A stretch of 64,000 nt of DNA, from the NCBI GenBank assembly GCA_031259965.1, contig JAIRKT010000109.1:64-64063 (forward strand), in the 5' to 3' direction. The notes beneath the pieces were generated by a model. That model worked only from the letters and a program-made list of their open reading frames with translations. It had not been told where the DNA came from and made no database searches. The stretch's first letter is position 1. Every line of letters begins with the position of its first letter. The position numbers and the translations under genes are program-made. This DNA comes from Christensenellaceae bacterium (GTDB lineage: Bacteria > Bacillota > Clostridia > Christensenellales > DTU072). Below, piece by piece: positions 49,979 through 60,515 of the stretch.

Positions 49979-52900
49979 ATGAAAGCACTCCTAAAAAACA
50001 ACATATTATCAATTGTATTTCTGTTGGCTGCAATCATGGCAATAGTAGTCGCATTTTATTCCTTTTCCTCATTAAATGAAGCATCGGATTATTTGGAAAT
50101 TAATATTGCTAGGAGATTAGAATCCACCTGTATTTTAGCTTCGAATTTTGTAGATTCAGATGAACTTGATTTATATAAAACACCTGATGATATGTTAAAA
50201 CCTGAATATAATGAATTAAAAAATCGCCTAGATGCTTTTGCTAAGGAACATGATTTAATTTATATATATTATTATAGAGCAGGAGATATAGATTCAAATG
50301 GAAAAATTATCAACGCACAAGCAATAATTGATAATGACTTTGATCCAAAAACTACATATTCTTTGGATACAGATTTAATTGAAATGGAAGAAATTGTTGA
50401 ATTAGCCTTTAAAGGCGAAACAGTTTCAACAGAACTAGGTTACTACTCTGAAGAATACTTAGGCTTATTATCAGCATTTTCGCCCGTATATGATTCAAAT
50501 GGAGATATAGTTGCTGTGGTGGGTATTGATATAACAGATGAACATATTTTTAAAATTCAAAAGAGATTATCTGTCAACTCAATTCTACTTACAATATCTG
50601 TAATTTTAGTTTTTTTATCTGGCGGAGTCACAATAGCAGTTCATCTTATCAAAGAACATTCTTTAAAGGCAAATGTTTCAAGACTTGAATTGGTAGAAAG
50701 TATATCAACTAAATTTTTGGCAAGCTCTGATAATTTAAAAACAATAGAAGAAACATTAGAGACTCTAGGTCTCTTTTTAAAAGCTAGCAGAGTCTTGTTT
50801 TTTTATAACAATCCCGACGCGCAAACAACTCTGATATGGAGACATGGTAATGAAACGTCAAACGTTGACATAGCGCTAAAAACAATAATTTTTGAAAAAT
50901 TCGAACATTCTTTAGAGAATGGTGATTCTTCAGCTATCATAATAGATGATATAAACAAAGATGCAGAATTTCAAAAGCTATTACCTGATGGGGTCAAATC
51001 AATTGTCTCGAAACCATTACATATAGGCAATAAGCTAAAAGCCACATTAATAGTGGAAAAACATCTTGAGTTGCATAAATGGACAAAAGAAGAGATTCAA
51101 TTAATAGAATTAGTTGGAAATCTTTACACTGAGGGGTTAAATAACAAGGAGACAAACGACAGATTAGTAATGCTATCTGCGATAGTTGAAAATTCACCAC
51201 AAGTTATATGCCACTTAGACCGTAATGGGATGTTAAGTTATATTAATAGGGCCTCAATAACCCAGTTCGGATATAATCCGACGGATCTTGCAAATAAAGG
51301 CATGCAAAAGCTTTTTGGTCAGGAATTAAAGGATGAAATCTTTAATAAACATTTAGCGGATATAAGAGAAAAAGGGAATAGCGAATATATTTTACCATAC
51401 AAACAAAAATCTGGAGATTCTAGAATTTTGCATGCTTATGCATTTAGTATAAGTAAAAATGGTCAAAACGGAATAGGCGTTATAGGAATTGATATTACAG
51501 ATAATATTCGCATAGATAAAGAACGCATTGAGGCGCTTAAGGAAGCTAAGCGATCCAGTCAAGCTAAAAGTGATTTTCTTGCAAACATGAGCCACGAAAT
51601 GCGAACTCCTATGAATGCTATTATTGGCATGACGTCTATAGGTCTATCGGCTATGGATATAGATCGCAAAAATTATTGTCTTAACAAAATAAATGATGCT
51701 TCAATACATTTACTAGGTGTAATAAATGATATACTTGATATGTCTAAAATCGAGGCTAATAAACTAGAATTGACATCAGTAGAATTTGAATTTGAGAAAA
51801 CACTACAAAAAGTAGTTAATGTTGTCAATTTTAGGGTAGATGAGAAGAATCAAAAATTTACTGTTAATTTGGATAAATGGATTCCGCACTCTTTGATAGG
51901 CGATGATCAGCGTTTAGTACAGGTAATAACCAATCTTTTGTCAAATGCCATTAAATTTACTCCTGATGGAGGTAATATTCATTTAAATACTAAATTGGTA
52001 AATGAATACAATGGCCGGTGTGAAATTAAAATAGATGTGACGGATACCGGTATAGGAATATCTGATGAACAACAATCACAATTATTTCACTCATTTTCAC
52101 AGGCAGATAGTGGAATATCTAGAAAATTTGGTGGAACAGGACTGGGACTTACAATTTCAAAACGAATTATAGAGATGATGGGTGGTAATATCCAAATTAA
52201 ATCGGAATTGGGAAAGGGGAGCACATTTTCATTTAATGTATTTATGAAGAGAGGAGTTAATGCGCCTGCAAAACTTCTGCGTTCAGATATTAATTGGAGC
52301 AATATACGAATTCTAGCAGTTGATGATGCGCCAGATATATTAGAATATTTCGAAGATATAGCAAAACGACTTGGAGTCTATTGTGATCTCGCTTCAAATG
52401 GGATTAACGCACTAACTAAAATCTCTGAGAATGGTGCGTACGACATTTATTTTATTGATTGGAGAATGCCTGAAATGAATGGCATAGAGTTGTCGCGTCG
52501 CATTAAATCAACTATTTCTGAGCGAGCTGTTGTTATAATGATTTCTTCAATCGAATGGGGCACAATAGCAGAAGAAGCGCGGAATGCTGGAGTTGATATG
52601 TTTATTCCTAAACCCTTATTCCCATCAGCAATAGCGAATTGTATTAATGAGTGCATTGGTTTAAAAAACATAGTTGAAGAGGAAAATGCAAAAGTCAATA
52701 GCGAACATGATTGTTTTGATGGATTTACACTCCTGCTTGTTGAAGATGTGGAAATCAATAGAGAAATAGTCATCGCACTATTAGAACCCACCTCGATTGC
52801 AATCGATTGCGCCGAAAATGGTGAGCAGGCAGTAGATATGTATCTCAAACAACCTGATAAATACGATATTATTTTCATGGATATTCAAATGCCAGAGATG

Positions 52901-53104
52901 GATGGATATGAAGCAACTGGACTGATACGCAAGTCAAACACAAAATCGAGCAAAGACATTCCTATAATAGCTATGACCGCAAATGTATTTAAAGAAGATG
53001 TGGAAAAGTGTATTGTAGCTGGTATGGATGCCCACGTAGGTAAACCTTTAGATTTTGAGGAAGTTCTTGAAACCCTGAGGAAATACCTGGTTGTCAAAAA
53101 GTAG
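49979..53104 (+). CDS. hybrid sensor histidine kinase (extracellular sensor-GAF-PAS-HisKA-HATPase-REC-REC)
   Basis: H-box 'SHEMRTPMNAI', N-box 'LLSNAIKFT', G-boxes 'DTGIGI' and 'GGTGLGLTIS'. There are two receiver domains ('ILAVDDAP...DWRMPEMNG' and 'LLLVEDVE...DIQMPEMDG...GKPL'). Confidence 0.93.
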   Translation: MKALLKNNILSIVFLLAAIMAIVVAFYSFSSLNEASDYLEINIARRLESTCILASNFVDSDELDLYKTPDDMLKPEYNELKNRLDAFAKEHDLIYIYYYRAGDIDSNGKIINAQAIIDNDFDPKTTYSLDTDLIEMEEIVELAFKGETVSTELGYYSEEYLGLLSAFSPVYDSNGDIVAVVGIDITDEHIFKIQKRLSVNSILLTISVILVFLSGGVTIAVHLIKEHSLKANVSRLELVESISTKFLASSDNLKTIEETLETLGLFLKASRVLFFYNNPDAQTTLIWRHGNETSNVDIALKTIIFEKFEHSLENGDSSAIIIDDINKDAEFQKLLPDGVKSIVSKPLHIGNKLKATLIVEKHLELHKWTKEEIQLIELVGNLYTEGLNNKETNDRLVMLSAIVENSPQVICHLDRNGMLSYINRASITQFGYNPTDLANKGMQKLFGQELKDEIFNKHLADIREKGNSEYILPYKQKSGDSRILHAYAFSISKNGQNGIGVIGIDITDNIRIDKERIEALKEAKRSSQAKSDFLANMSHEMRTPMNAIIGMTSIGLSAMDIDRKNYCLNKINDASIHLLGVINDILDMSKIEANKLELTSVEFEFEKTLQKVVNVVNFRVDEKNQKFTVNLDKWIPHSLIGDDQRLVQVITNLLSNAIKFTPDGGNIHLNTKLVNEYNGRCEIKIDVTDTGIGISDEQQSQLFHSFSQADSGISRKFGGTGLGLTISKRIIEMMGGNIQIKSELGKGSTFSFNVFMKRGVNAPAKLLRSDINWSNIRILAVDDAPDILEYFEDIAKRLGVYCDLASNGINALTKISENGAYDIYFIDWRMPEMNGIELSRRIKSTISERAVVIMISSIEWGTIAEEARNAGVDMFIPKPLFPSAIANCINECIGLKNIVEEENAKVNSEHDCFDGFTLLLVEDVEINREIVIALLEPTSIAIDCAENGEQAVDMYLKQPDKYDIIFMDIQMPEMDGYEATGLIRKSNTKSSKDIPIIAMTANVFKEDVEKCIVAGMDAHVGKPLDFEEVLETLRKYLVVKK

Positions 53105-53143
53105 AAACAAAATGAATATGATATATTAATAATTTGAAATAGA

Positions 53144-54637
53144 GTGTTACAAATGGATAATGCAGAAAAAATTGAATTACCTGAGATAACTGGAAATCGT
53201 CAGGAAGGGAAAGCAATCAAATTAAGCAAGCGAGCAGTAATATCTGCTGTCGTTGTGGTGCTTTTGTTGGTAATTGTTTCCTATGTCCTGACATTCGTGT
53301 TGCCGAGGGGTGAATATCAAAGGGATGAAAGAGGCAGTTTAATTGATGGTACTTATCAGGAAAATCCTGAATTAGACGGAATAACTTGGTGGCAGTTTCT
53401 GTTGGCGCCTCTTATGATATTATCTCCAACTGTAGAGGGATCAACAATGATCTACGTAATCATTGTCCTAATGTTAGTTATAGGAGCTATATTCACGGTT
53501 TTAGATGAGAGCAAGATTCTTATATACTTAATAGAGTCAATGACGGCTAAATTTAAGAATAGAAAGTATATTTTAATTTTTGCTATCTCTTTTACATTCA
53601 TGTTTTTAGGCAGTGCCGTCGGCATGTTTGAAGAATTGATAGCATTAGTACCAGTTATTGTAATGCTTTGTTATGCAATGGGTTGGGATGCTTTAGTAGG
53701 ACTAGGAATATCTATATTAGCGGCTAGTTGTGGTTTTGCAGCAGGTGTTGTAAATCCATTCTCAGTAGGTGTTGCGCAAACGCTAGGTGGGATACCCTTG
53801 TTCTCTGGAATTGGACCGAGAATTTTGACATTTGTATTGGCATATATAATTGTAACGGGTTTCATATTTGTTTATGCAAAAAGAATTGATAAGAGTCCTA
53901 GTTTGTCGCCGGTTTACGCATTAGATCTCGTGCGAAAGAAAGAATTTTCATTTAATATTGATGCATTTGTAAGAGATAAAAAGAAAGATATGGCCATCCG
54001 CTGGTTTGCATGGTGGATGATTTTCGTAGTAATTTGTTCTATAGCATCTATTTTCTTTCAACCACTTGCTGAATATGTGATGTACATAACTGTGGCGGTT
54101 TATATAATTGGTGGGATTGGTGCAGCAGTCCTTTGTGGAATTAGAGGCAAAAGATTATTTAAATTACTAGGAAAGGGTTCTTTGGCATTAGTACCAGCTG
54201 TTTTAATGATATTAGTTGCAGGGGGCGTTCGATATATTGTCACAGAAGGCGATATAATGGATTCTATATTATATCTAATAATAGAATCTATTAGACATCA
54301 AAACCCAAACACCGCACTTCTTTTAATTTATGCTGTTGTCTTTGTTTTTGAAATATTTGTTCCGAGCGGTTCTGCAAAAGCATTATTAATAATGCCTATA
54401 ATATTTGATATTTGTGGTGTAGTAGGAGTGCATCCACAAGTAGCGGTTCTCGCATTTACATTTGCAGATGGTTTTAGTAATATGTTTCTGCCTACGAACG
54501 CCGGGTTGTTATTAATACTGGGCCTTACAACTGTCGAATATCCAAAGTGGATAAAGTGGTCTTTCCTCATTTTAATAGCACTCTTAGCAATGACTATAGG
54601 TGTGTTAATGCTATCACAAAATGCTATTTATGCTTAA
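53144..54637 (+). CDS. YfcC/DcuC-like anaerobic C4-dicarboxylate or basic amino acid carrier family protein
   Basis: Polytopic ~495 aa with an N-terminus 'LTFVLPRGEYQRDERGSLIDGTYQ' typical of YfcC. The start is either GTG 53144 or ATG 53153. Confidence 0.68.
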   Translation: MLQMDNAEKIELPEITGNRQEGKAIKLSKRAVISAVVVVLLLVIVSYVLTFVLPRGEYQRDERGSLIDGTYQENPELDGITWWQFLLAPLMILSPTVEGSTMIYVIIVLMLVIGAIFTVLDESKILIYLIESMTAKFKNRKYILIFAISFTFMFLGSAVGMFEELIALVPVIVMLCYAMGWDALVGLGISILAASCGFAAGVVNPFSVGVAQTLGGIPLFSGIGPRILTFVLAYIIVTGFIFVYAKRIDKSPSLSPVYALDLVRKKEFSFNIDAFVRDKKKDMAIRWFAWWMIFVVICSIASIFFQPLAEYVMYITVAVYIIGGIGAAVLCGIRGKRLFKLLGKGSLALVPAVLMILVAGGVRYIVTEGDIMDSILYLIIESIRHQNPNTALLLIYAVVFVFEIFVPSGSAKALLIMPIIFDICGVVGVHPQVAVLAFTFADGFSNMFLPTNAGLLLILGLTTVEYPKWIKWSFLILIALLAMTIGVLMLSQNAIYA

Positions 54638-54708
54638 TTTTCTGCAAAATTAAGATTAACTAAAACAGAATAAATAAAAACTTAAACGTTATTACAAGGA
54701 GGTAAAAG

Positions 54709-55911
54709 TTGAATTTATTTGAGCAAACTAAATTAATAGACGACGAATATGTAATGGGAACGTTTGCAACAGTTCCTATAGAATTCGTGTCAGGAGAGGG
54801 CTGCATACTAAAGGATTCTGAGGGCAAAGAATATATAGATTTTTTAGCTGCGATTGCAGTTAATAGTTTAGGCCATAAGCATCCTATTTTTGTTAATGCT
54901 ATAACTGAGCAATTAGGAAAAATTGTAGCGACATCTAATCATTTTTATAACGAACATCGTGGCAAATTAGCTAAGCGACTTGTAGAGGGTACAAACTTGA
55001 AGCGTGTTTTTTTTGCAAACAGTGGTGCGGAAGCTAATGAATGTGCAATTAAACTTATAAGAAAACATTATCACGAAAAAAATGAGAGAAACAAAATAAA
55101 GATTATAACAGCTAGTAATTCTTTCCATGGTAGGACTTTTGCAACAGTTTCCTTAACTGGCCAGCCTAAATATAATGAATTTTGCAGACCTTTGATTCCT
55201 GGTTTTACCGAATACATTCCATATAATGATATAGCTGCTTTAAAAAATGCATTAAATGATCCACAAGTTGGGGCATTGATGATTGAACCTATCCTTGGCG
55301 AGGGTGGAATAATTCCTGCAACAAATGAATATATGCAAGAATGTAGGAAGTTAACTCGTGAACGAGGTCAACTTTTAGTCATCGATGAAATTCAAACAGG
55401 CGGTGGACGCACTGGATTACTTTGGGCTTTTAGTAAATATGAGATAGAACCTGATATAGTAACCGCTGCAAAGGGGATAGGTGGAGGACTTCCAATTGGT
55501 GTCTGCATGGCGACAGAAGAAATCTCTAGTTGTTTTAAACCAGGTGATCATGGCACTACCTTTGGTGGTTCACCGCTAGTTTGTGCTACTTCATATGCAG
55601 TAATGAATAAAATATGTGAACCTGCTTTTCTCGAAAGTGTTAGACTAAAAGGGGAGTATTTAATTAGCAAACTTAAAGAAATAAAAAGCAAGGGGATAGA
55701 GGAAGTTAGAGGCATTGGTTTGATGGTGGGACTTCAAACAAACGAGCATCTTCCTGCAGCATATTTAGTTAAGCAAATGTTAGTGAATGGTTTTGTTCTT
55801 AATGCGTGTGGAAAAAATGTTTTGCGTTTTTTACCGCCACTCATTATAGAATATGGTCATATTGATTGCATGGTGGAGAGGCTAAAAACAATAATAGAGA
55901 AAGCAGAATAA
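54709..55911 (+). CDS. argD: class III PLP aminotransferase, acetylornithine/ornithine aminotransferase-like
   Basis: 'FANSGAEANECAIK', 'LVIDEIQTGGGRTG' and 'DIVTAAKGIGGG' (PLP lysine). TTG start 5 nt after GGAGG. Confidence 0.85.
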   Translation: MNLFEQTKLIDDEYVMGTFATVPIEFVSGEGCILKDSEGKEYIDFLAAIAVNSLGHKHPIFVNAITEQLGKIVATSNHFYNEHRGKLAKRLVEGTNLKRVFFANSGAEANECAIKLIRKHYHEKNERNKIKIITASNSFHGRTFATVSLTGQPKYNEFCRPLIPGFTEYIPYNDIAALKNALNDPQVGALMIEPILGEGGIIPATNEYMQECRKLTRERGQLLVIDEIQTGGGRTGLLWAFSKYEIEPDIVTAAKGIGGGLPIGVCMATEEISSCFKPGDHGTTFGGSPLVCATSYAVMNKICEPAFLESVRLKGEYLISKLKEIKSKGIEEVRGIGLMVGLQTNEHLPAAYLVKQMLVNGFVLNACGKNVLRFLPPLIIEYGHIDCMVERLKTIIEKAE

Positions 55912-56339
55912 TTTCATGTAAATTGCTAAATAATACGCTGCGCTAAAAGTTAAACAATCTGCGCCTTAGATTTTAAAATAACACTGTCAAGCGCATTTAG
56001 ATCTTAAATCATTCGTCATTTAGTAAGCAAGTTTTCAATTTTAAATTCTAGATTTTGATGTAGCCGAAAAATTTTAGCAAAGACCATGCAAACAAATGAA
56101 GCAGATTTTTTAATTTTGTAACAACCCATTAAAATTTGAAGAATTCAAATTACGTTGATTTGTTTACGTTGGTATAAATTAGCAATCCATGATTAATATT
56201 TTGATGTAAAAATTTTTCAATAGGGTACTCTTCTATTTAGTTGGTAACAGTATTTTTGTGAATGAAGTTAATAAGAAATAGCGTTTTTTAAGTTGCAGTT
56301 TCTCTGTATGAATCTTCAAAGTTTATCACACAGTTAGGG

Positions 56340-57644
56340 TTAAAAAAATGCTTTATATAACGCATTTATGGCTTTTATATAATCGCTATCCTCAACGCCT
56401 ACGATAACATTCATTTCTGAAGAACCTTGATCAATCATTCTAATGTTTATATCCGCGCTGAATAATGCATTACATATTTTTGCGGCAGTTCCTTTGCGAT
56501 TTGCCATGCCGTGTCCGACAATTGCAATTAAAGCTAAACTTGTGCTTATATCAAGGGTATCTGGATTTACGGCTCCTTTAATGTCTTGAATTAATTTATT
56601 AGCGAGCTCGTCTTGCAAAACTCCAGCAATTACAATGCTCATTGCATCTATTCCGGTAGGGATATGTTCGAATGAGACGCCGTTACGCTCCAAAACTGAT
56701 AGAACTTTTCTGCCAAAACCCAGTTCACTATTCATCATGGATTTAGTTAAAGTTAAAACTGTATTGTTTTTTTTACCTGCAATTCCTGTTACAACAGGTC
56801 GCAAAAACTCTTCTACATTTTTTAATATCTTTGTTCCTTGGGCCATAGGATTAAAAGTGTTTTTAATTACTATAGGAATCCCTACACTATAGATTGGAAA
56901 TATGCTGTCTGGGTGTAAAACATTCGCACCCATGTATGATAATTCTCTTAGTTCTTGATATGATATTGTCTCTATCAATTTGGGATTATCTACTATGTTG
57001 GGGTCACATGCCATAAATCCATTCACGTCTGTCCAGTTTTCATATAGTGATGAATCAACTCCTCCTGCGATTATAGCACCTGTAACGTCTGAGCCACCCC
57101 TTGTAAAGGTTTTTATGCTCTTGTCTGGCATTCGCCCGTAAAATCCAGGTATAACTGCTCCCGTGTCTAGATTTTTAAGTTGTGAGACGAGATCTCTTGT
57201 TAATTCAGCATCAAAACTTCCGTCGTATCTGAATTTTATAATATCACCAGCATCAATAAATTTATAATTTAAAAGCGCTGCCATAACTACAGCGGACAGG
57301 TATTCGCCTCTTGAGGCAATATAATCTGGGGTTTTTGATTCAATTAAATTGGTTTCAATTTCTTCAATATATTCTCGTATATCAATGTCCAAATTTAGTG
57401 CGGCAGCTAAAACCTCAAAACGGATACATACTTCTTCTAGTGCTGCACCAGGCACACCATATTTTAATTTCTCTTCATATGCAGCATATAAAAGGTCTGT
57501 TATTTTATCATCTGTTTTAAAACGCTTACCAGGTGCAGACACAACAACTAGTTTGCGCGCAGAATCAGATTCTATTATTTTTTTTACAGCTAAAACAGAT
57601 TCTGCAGTAGCCATTGATGTGCCCCCAAATTTACATACTTTCAT
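56340..57644 (-). CDS. lysC: aspartate kinase
   Basis: 'KFGGTSMA' and 'VVVSAPG', with C-terminal ACT domains. A GGAGG RBS 5 nt upstream supports the ATG at 57644; the ORF track starts at 57671. Confidence 0.9.
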   Translation of the reverse strand: MKVCKFGGTSMATAESVLAVKKIIESDSARKLVVVSAPGKRFKTDDKITDLLYAAYEEKLKYGVPGAALEEVCIRFEVLAAALNLDIDIREYIEEIETNLIESKTPDYIASRGEYLSAVVMAALLNYKFIDAGDIIKFRYDGSFDAELTRDLVSQLKNLDTGAVIPGFYGRMPDKSIKTFTRGGSDVTGAIIAGGVDSSLYENWTDVNGFMACDPNIVDNPKLIETISYQELRELSYMGANVLHPDSIFPIYSVGIPIVIKNTFNPMAQGTKILKNVEEFLRPVVTGIAGKKNNTVLTLTKSMMNSELGFGRKVLSVLERNGVSFEHIPTGIDAMSIVIAGVLQDELANKLIQDIKGAVNPDTLDISTSLALIAIVGHGMANRKGTAAKICNALFSADINIRMIDQGSSEMNVIVGVEDSDYIKAINALYKAFF

Positions 57645-57705
57645 TAATTCCTCCAAAAATGCAATTATCAATTAACAAGAAAAATAGACTAGATATAAAT
57701 CAAAT

Positions 57706-58926
57706 TTAATACTTAATACGTCTACATTCTAAATAATAGCGTTTATTTTCTGGTTCTCCTATGGAGAATGATTTTTTAGGCAAGTTGCCTTTCGTAGCAA
57801 CAAATTTAAATAATTCGTCTTTTGGGAATGCGGGCATAGATATACCCAACCCTCTCGTTTCATTTACAACTTTTTTAAGATGATTCTGATTATGAACATA
57901 TTCGACTTTCAAATTGGAATTGAGAGCAAGCATTTTTTCTATAAATTTCTGTATAGATTCTATAGCGTCGCTTTGGATCAATGGTACGTTTAAATTAAAA
58001 TCACCTTTAGTTGTCAATATTTTTATAATACCCTCGCCAGATAATGAATTTTGCATTTCTTTTATAAAATCATCATCAGCACCGAAAACAATACGATGAA
58101 TAGGATCAAAGAATATGCTTGGATCATAGATATTGATCATCTCTGCTAAAAAGTAGCGTGCTGGGTGATTAATTCTATCAGGTTTTGATAAGGTTAATTT
58201 CAATTGATCCCAAAATATTTTAGCAGCTGCCATTGAATGATTGCCGTCGCCTACTGCTAAAATTATGCCAGCATTTAATCCATATTTTTGCACTTGAAAA
58301 TCTGGGTTAGCAAGTGCGCTTAATTTCTCAGACAAACTAGATATGTCATTTAAACTATAACCAGTAATATGCCCACCATTCATGTTTAAATCAAAATCAT
58401 ATATTTTTTTTAAATTTCTACGATTTTCATATATTGGTTCTATAATTTCCTTTTTATTGTCATCTAGCAGAAGCAATGTGTGTGGTGTTTCAAAGATTGC
58501 ACGTTTTCTTATTTCAACTCTAATAGCAAGTCTGTCTAACATAGTATCTTCTGTAGCTCTGATTGGAAAATTAAGATTTCTCCAGTCATATGACTCGAGA
58601 TCGACGGCCAGTACTATTCCTTTGCGAATGCCAGATACAGTTTGACGCTCTACCAAAACAGCATTTAAAGGTTCACTGAAAAGATTTTCCGAGTCATAAG
58701 TCTGCATATGTGTTATGATAGAAGTTATCGTTTGTGATTCGGATTGTTTTCCTATGTAAATTTCTGGGAAAACGAGGTTTAGAGTACTTGGTTCATCCCC
58801 AACATATTTAGCTAGTGTTCTCCAATAATCTGGTTCTGCAGAAAATTGATCGCACGCTACAGTCGCCCATTTTTTAAGGTCATGGTTTACGGGAATGAGC
58901 ACTTGAGGATTGGTAATAATTGGCAT
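57706..58926 (-). CDS. DUF1015 family protein
   Basis: 406 aa. 'GIVLAVDLESY' and 'AVGDGNHSMAAAK' match the DUF1015 pattern. Confidence 0.7.
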   Translation of the reverse strand: MPIITNPQVLIPVNHDLKKWATVACDQFSAEPDYWRTLAKYVGDEPSTLNLVFPEIYIGKQSESQTITSIITHMQTYDSENLFSEPLNAVLVERQTVSGIRKGIVLAVDLESYDWRNLNFPIRATEDTMLDRLAIRVEIRKRAIFETPHTLLLLDDNKKEIIEPIYENRRNLKKIYDFDLNMNGGHITGYSLNDISSLSEKLSALANPDFQVQKYGLNAGIILAVGDGNHSMAAAKIFWDQLKLTLSKPDRINHPARYFLAEMINIYDPSIFFDPIHRIVFGADDDFIKEMQNSLSGEGIIKILTTKGDFNLNVPLIQSDAIESIQKFIEKMLALNSNLKVEYVHNQNHLKKVVNETRGLGISMPAFPKDELFKFVATKGNLPKKSFSIGEPENKRYYLECRRIKY

Positions 58927-58958
58927 TAAAAAAATCGACCTCCAAAATTTCCTTAGAT

Positions 58959-59759
58959 TTAATTTCGCATTTTTTTAGGAGCAATTAAATTAAAGGATTG
59001 GCTTAATTTATCTTTTAATCTATCTGATGTAATAAATCTACTTATTTTTCCATCTTTTGCAGTGGAAATAACACCTGTCTCTTCGCTTAAAATAATAGTC
59101 AATATATCTGATCCTTCTGTAATGCCGATGCCAGCGCGATGTCTAGTTCCTAAATTTTTTGCAATTTCAGTACTTTCTGATAAAGGAAGGAAACAACCTG
59201 CTGCTAATATGCGATTTCCTTTTACTACCACAGCGCCATCATGTAGTGGCCCTTTTGTATTAAAAATACTTTCTAGCAAAGGGGCAGAAATAAGAGCACC
59301 CAATTCAGTCCCTGTTTCTAATATATGTGAAGAAATCGTGGTTGTTGCAATTATTATTAGCGCACCAGTTCGCGTCTTAGACATCGTTTGACATGCTCTA
59401 ACAATTTCGTCAATTGCTACTCTTAAATCATCGTCTGTTGTGTATTTTTCTGTGGAAAAACCTTTTTCATGCTTGTTTTTAAATAAATTAAAAAAGGAAG
59501 ATCTAAGATCTGCTTGATAGATTACAATTAAGAAAACTATATATGATAGAATTGTGAGTGTTATTATATAACGAGCAAAAGGAATACCAATAACGAAGTC
59601 AAGAAATATAATTGCTATATAAAAAGTATAGAGAGGAAAAAAAATGGCGAGAGGCTTTAAATTTTTCTTTCGGATGAAATAAAAAGATATTAAAAGAAAA
59701 ACCAATAAAATCATTGCCAGGTCTATTAAGTTTTGCCACCCTAACTCATAATCGCCCAT
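58959..59759 (-). CDS. cdaA: diadenylate cyclase CdaA (DisA_N domain, membrane-anchored)
   Basis: Three N-terminal TM segments, then 'TGALIII', 'LHDGAVVV' and 'LGTRHRAGIGITE' (DGA and RHR motifs). Confidence 0.92.
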   Translation of the reverse strand: MGDYELGWQNLIDLAMILLVFLLISFYFIRKKNLKPLAIFFPLYTFYIAIIFLDFVIGIPFARYIITLTILSYIVFLIVIYQADLRSSFFNLFKNKHEKGFSTEKYTTDDDLRVAIDEIVRACQTMSKTRTGALIIIATTTISSHILETGTELGALISAPLLESIFNTKGPLHDGAVVVKGNRILAAGCFLPLSESTEIAKNLGTRHRAGIGITEGSDILTIILSEETGVISTAKDGKISRFITSDRLKDKLSQSFNLIAPKKMRN

Positions 59760-59810
59760 TGGTAGCTCCTTTTAGATTAATAAAAATATAATTATATATT
59801 GTATATTTTT

Positions 59811-60038
59811 TTACATAATAAAGCAAATAAATAAAATGTCATTCATAGAGATATGAATTAAAAAATAGTGAAAAACCTGGGGTAATAGTACTGTAGCATT
59901 TTCTAATACTACGGACTTGATTTCTTGCGTTTGCATTAATTCTTTTAACAGCACGGAAATTTCATCTTTTCTAGCGAACGCTTCTTCTGCGGCTGTTTTT
60001 TCACCAACATACGCATTAGCGAGTTCATTCAAATCCAT
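59811..60038 (-). CDS. small ORF, possibly a gene fragment
   Basis: 75 aa. The first ~50 aa look protein-like ('MDLNELANAYVGEKTAAEEAFARKDEISVLLKEL'), but the tail runs into AT-rich sequence. The RBS is weak. Confidence 0.2.
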   Translation of the reverse strand: MDLNELANAYVGEKTAAEEAFARKDEISVLLKELMQTQEIKSVVLENATVLLPQVFHYFLIHISMNDILFICFIM

Positions 60039-60092
60039 TTTTAATTTATCTCTTGGTGGTTAGATTTGTTTAATTGCTCTCATATTCTATTA

Positions 60093-60515
60093 TCAGCAAA
60101 CAAATGTTTTTTTAAATTGCTTAGGTCGGACTTTCTCTAATAGTTTTTGCACTTCGTTGTCCTCGTCTTTTACTATGACCAAAATAATTCTCCGCTCTTT
60201 GGGACTTATTCTATAAAAATCTGTGTATGGTGTGGCATCGCTTACCTGCTTTTGTAAATTGTTCTACTAATCCCTCGAAATATTCGCGCATAACCTTATC
60301 CTGCGGATCACGCATGTCTGTGGTTCTCGGCATTGCCATCATTAACCCAGCCAACATAAACACTGTGCTGGTGTGATTAATTGCTTGCCTTATCTTGCTA
60401 TATCCTTGTATGTGGTTTCAAAATTCACATACTACGGCCCTGCTACATTGAAATGCCGAAATCCGCCAGCTATTAACCCTCGCTAAAATTACTTTCTTTT
60501 GGACGACTGATAACT
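60093..60515 (-). pseudogene. decayed coding remnant (multiple frames and stops), identity unknown
   Basis: A GC-enriched stretch whose minus-strand translation gives protein-like segments in three frames: 'RGLIAGGFRHFNVAGP*', 'QAINHTSTVFMLAGLMMAMPRTTDMRDPQDKVMREYFEGLVEQFTK' and 'DATPYTDFYRISPKERRIILVIVKDEDNEVQKLLEKV'. These are interrupted by stops and frameshifts, and no start codon follows the AGGAG at 60513. Confidence 0.5.

Noticed and set aside
52447-53097. 143-aa and 70-aa ORFs antisense to the histidine kinase receiver domains. Similar cases lie inside lacZ, ftsK, recA, serS and the DUF4091 gene.
   Set aside because: They are shadow ORFs inside confidently assigned genes.
60093-60515. 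In-frame TGA in the context 'CEF-TGA-N', considered as a selenocysteine (CxxU) codon.
   Set aside because: No start codon lies upstream in that frame, no obvious SECIS hairpin lies downstream, and additional frameshifts are needed to read the rest. A decayed pseudogene is the simpler explanation.
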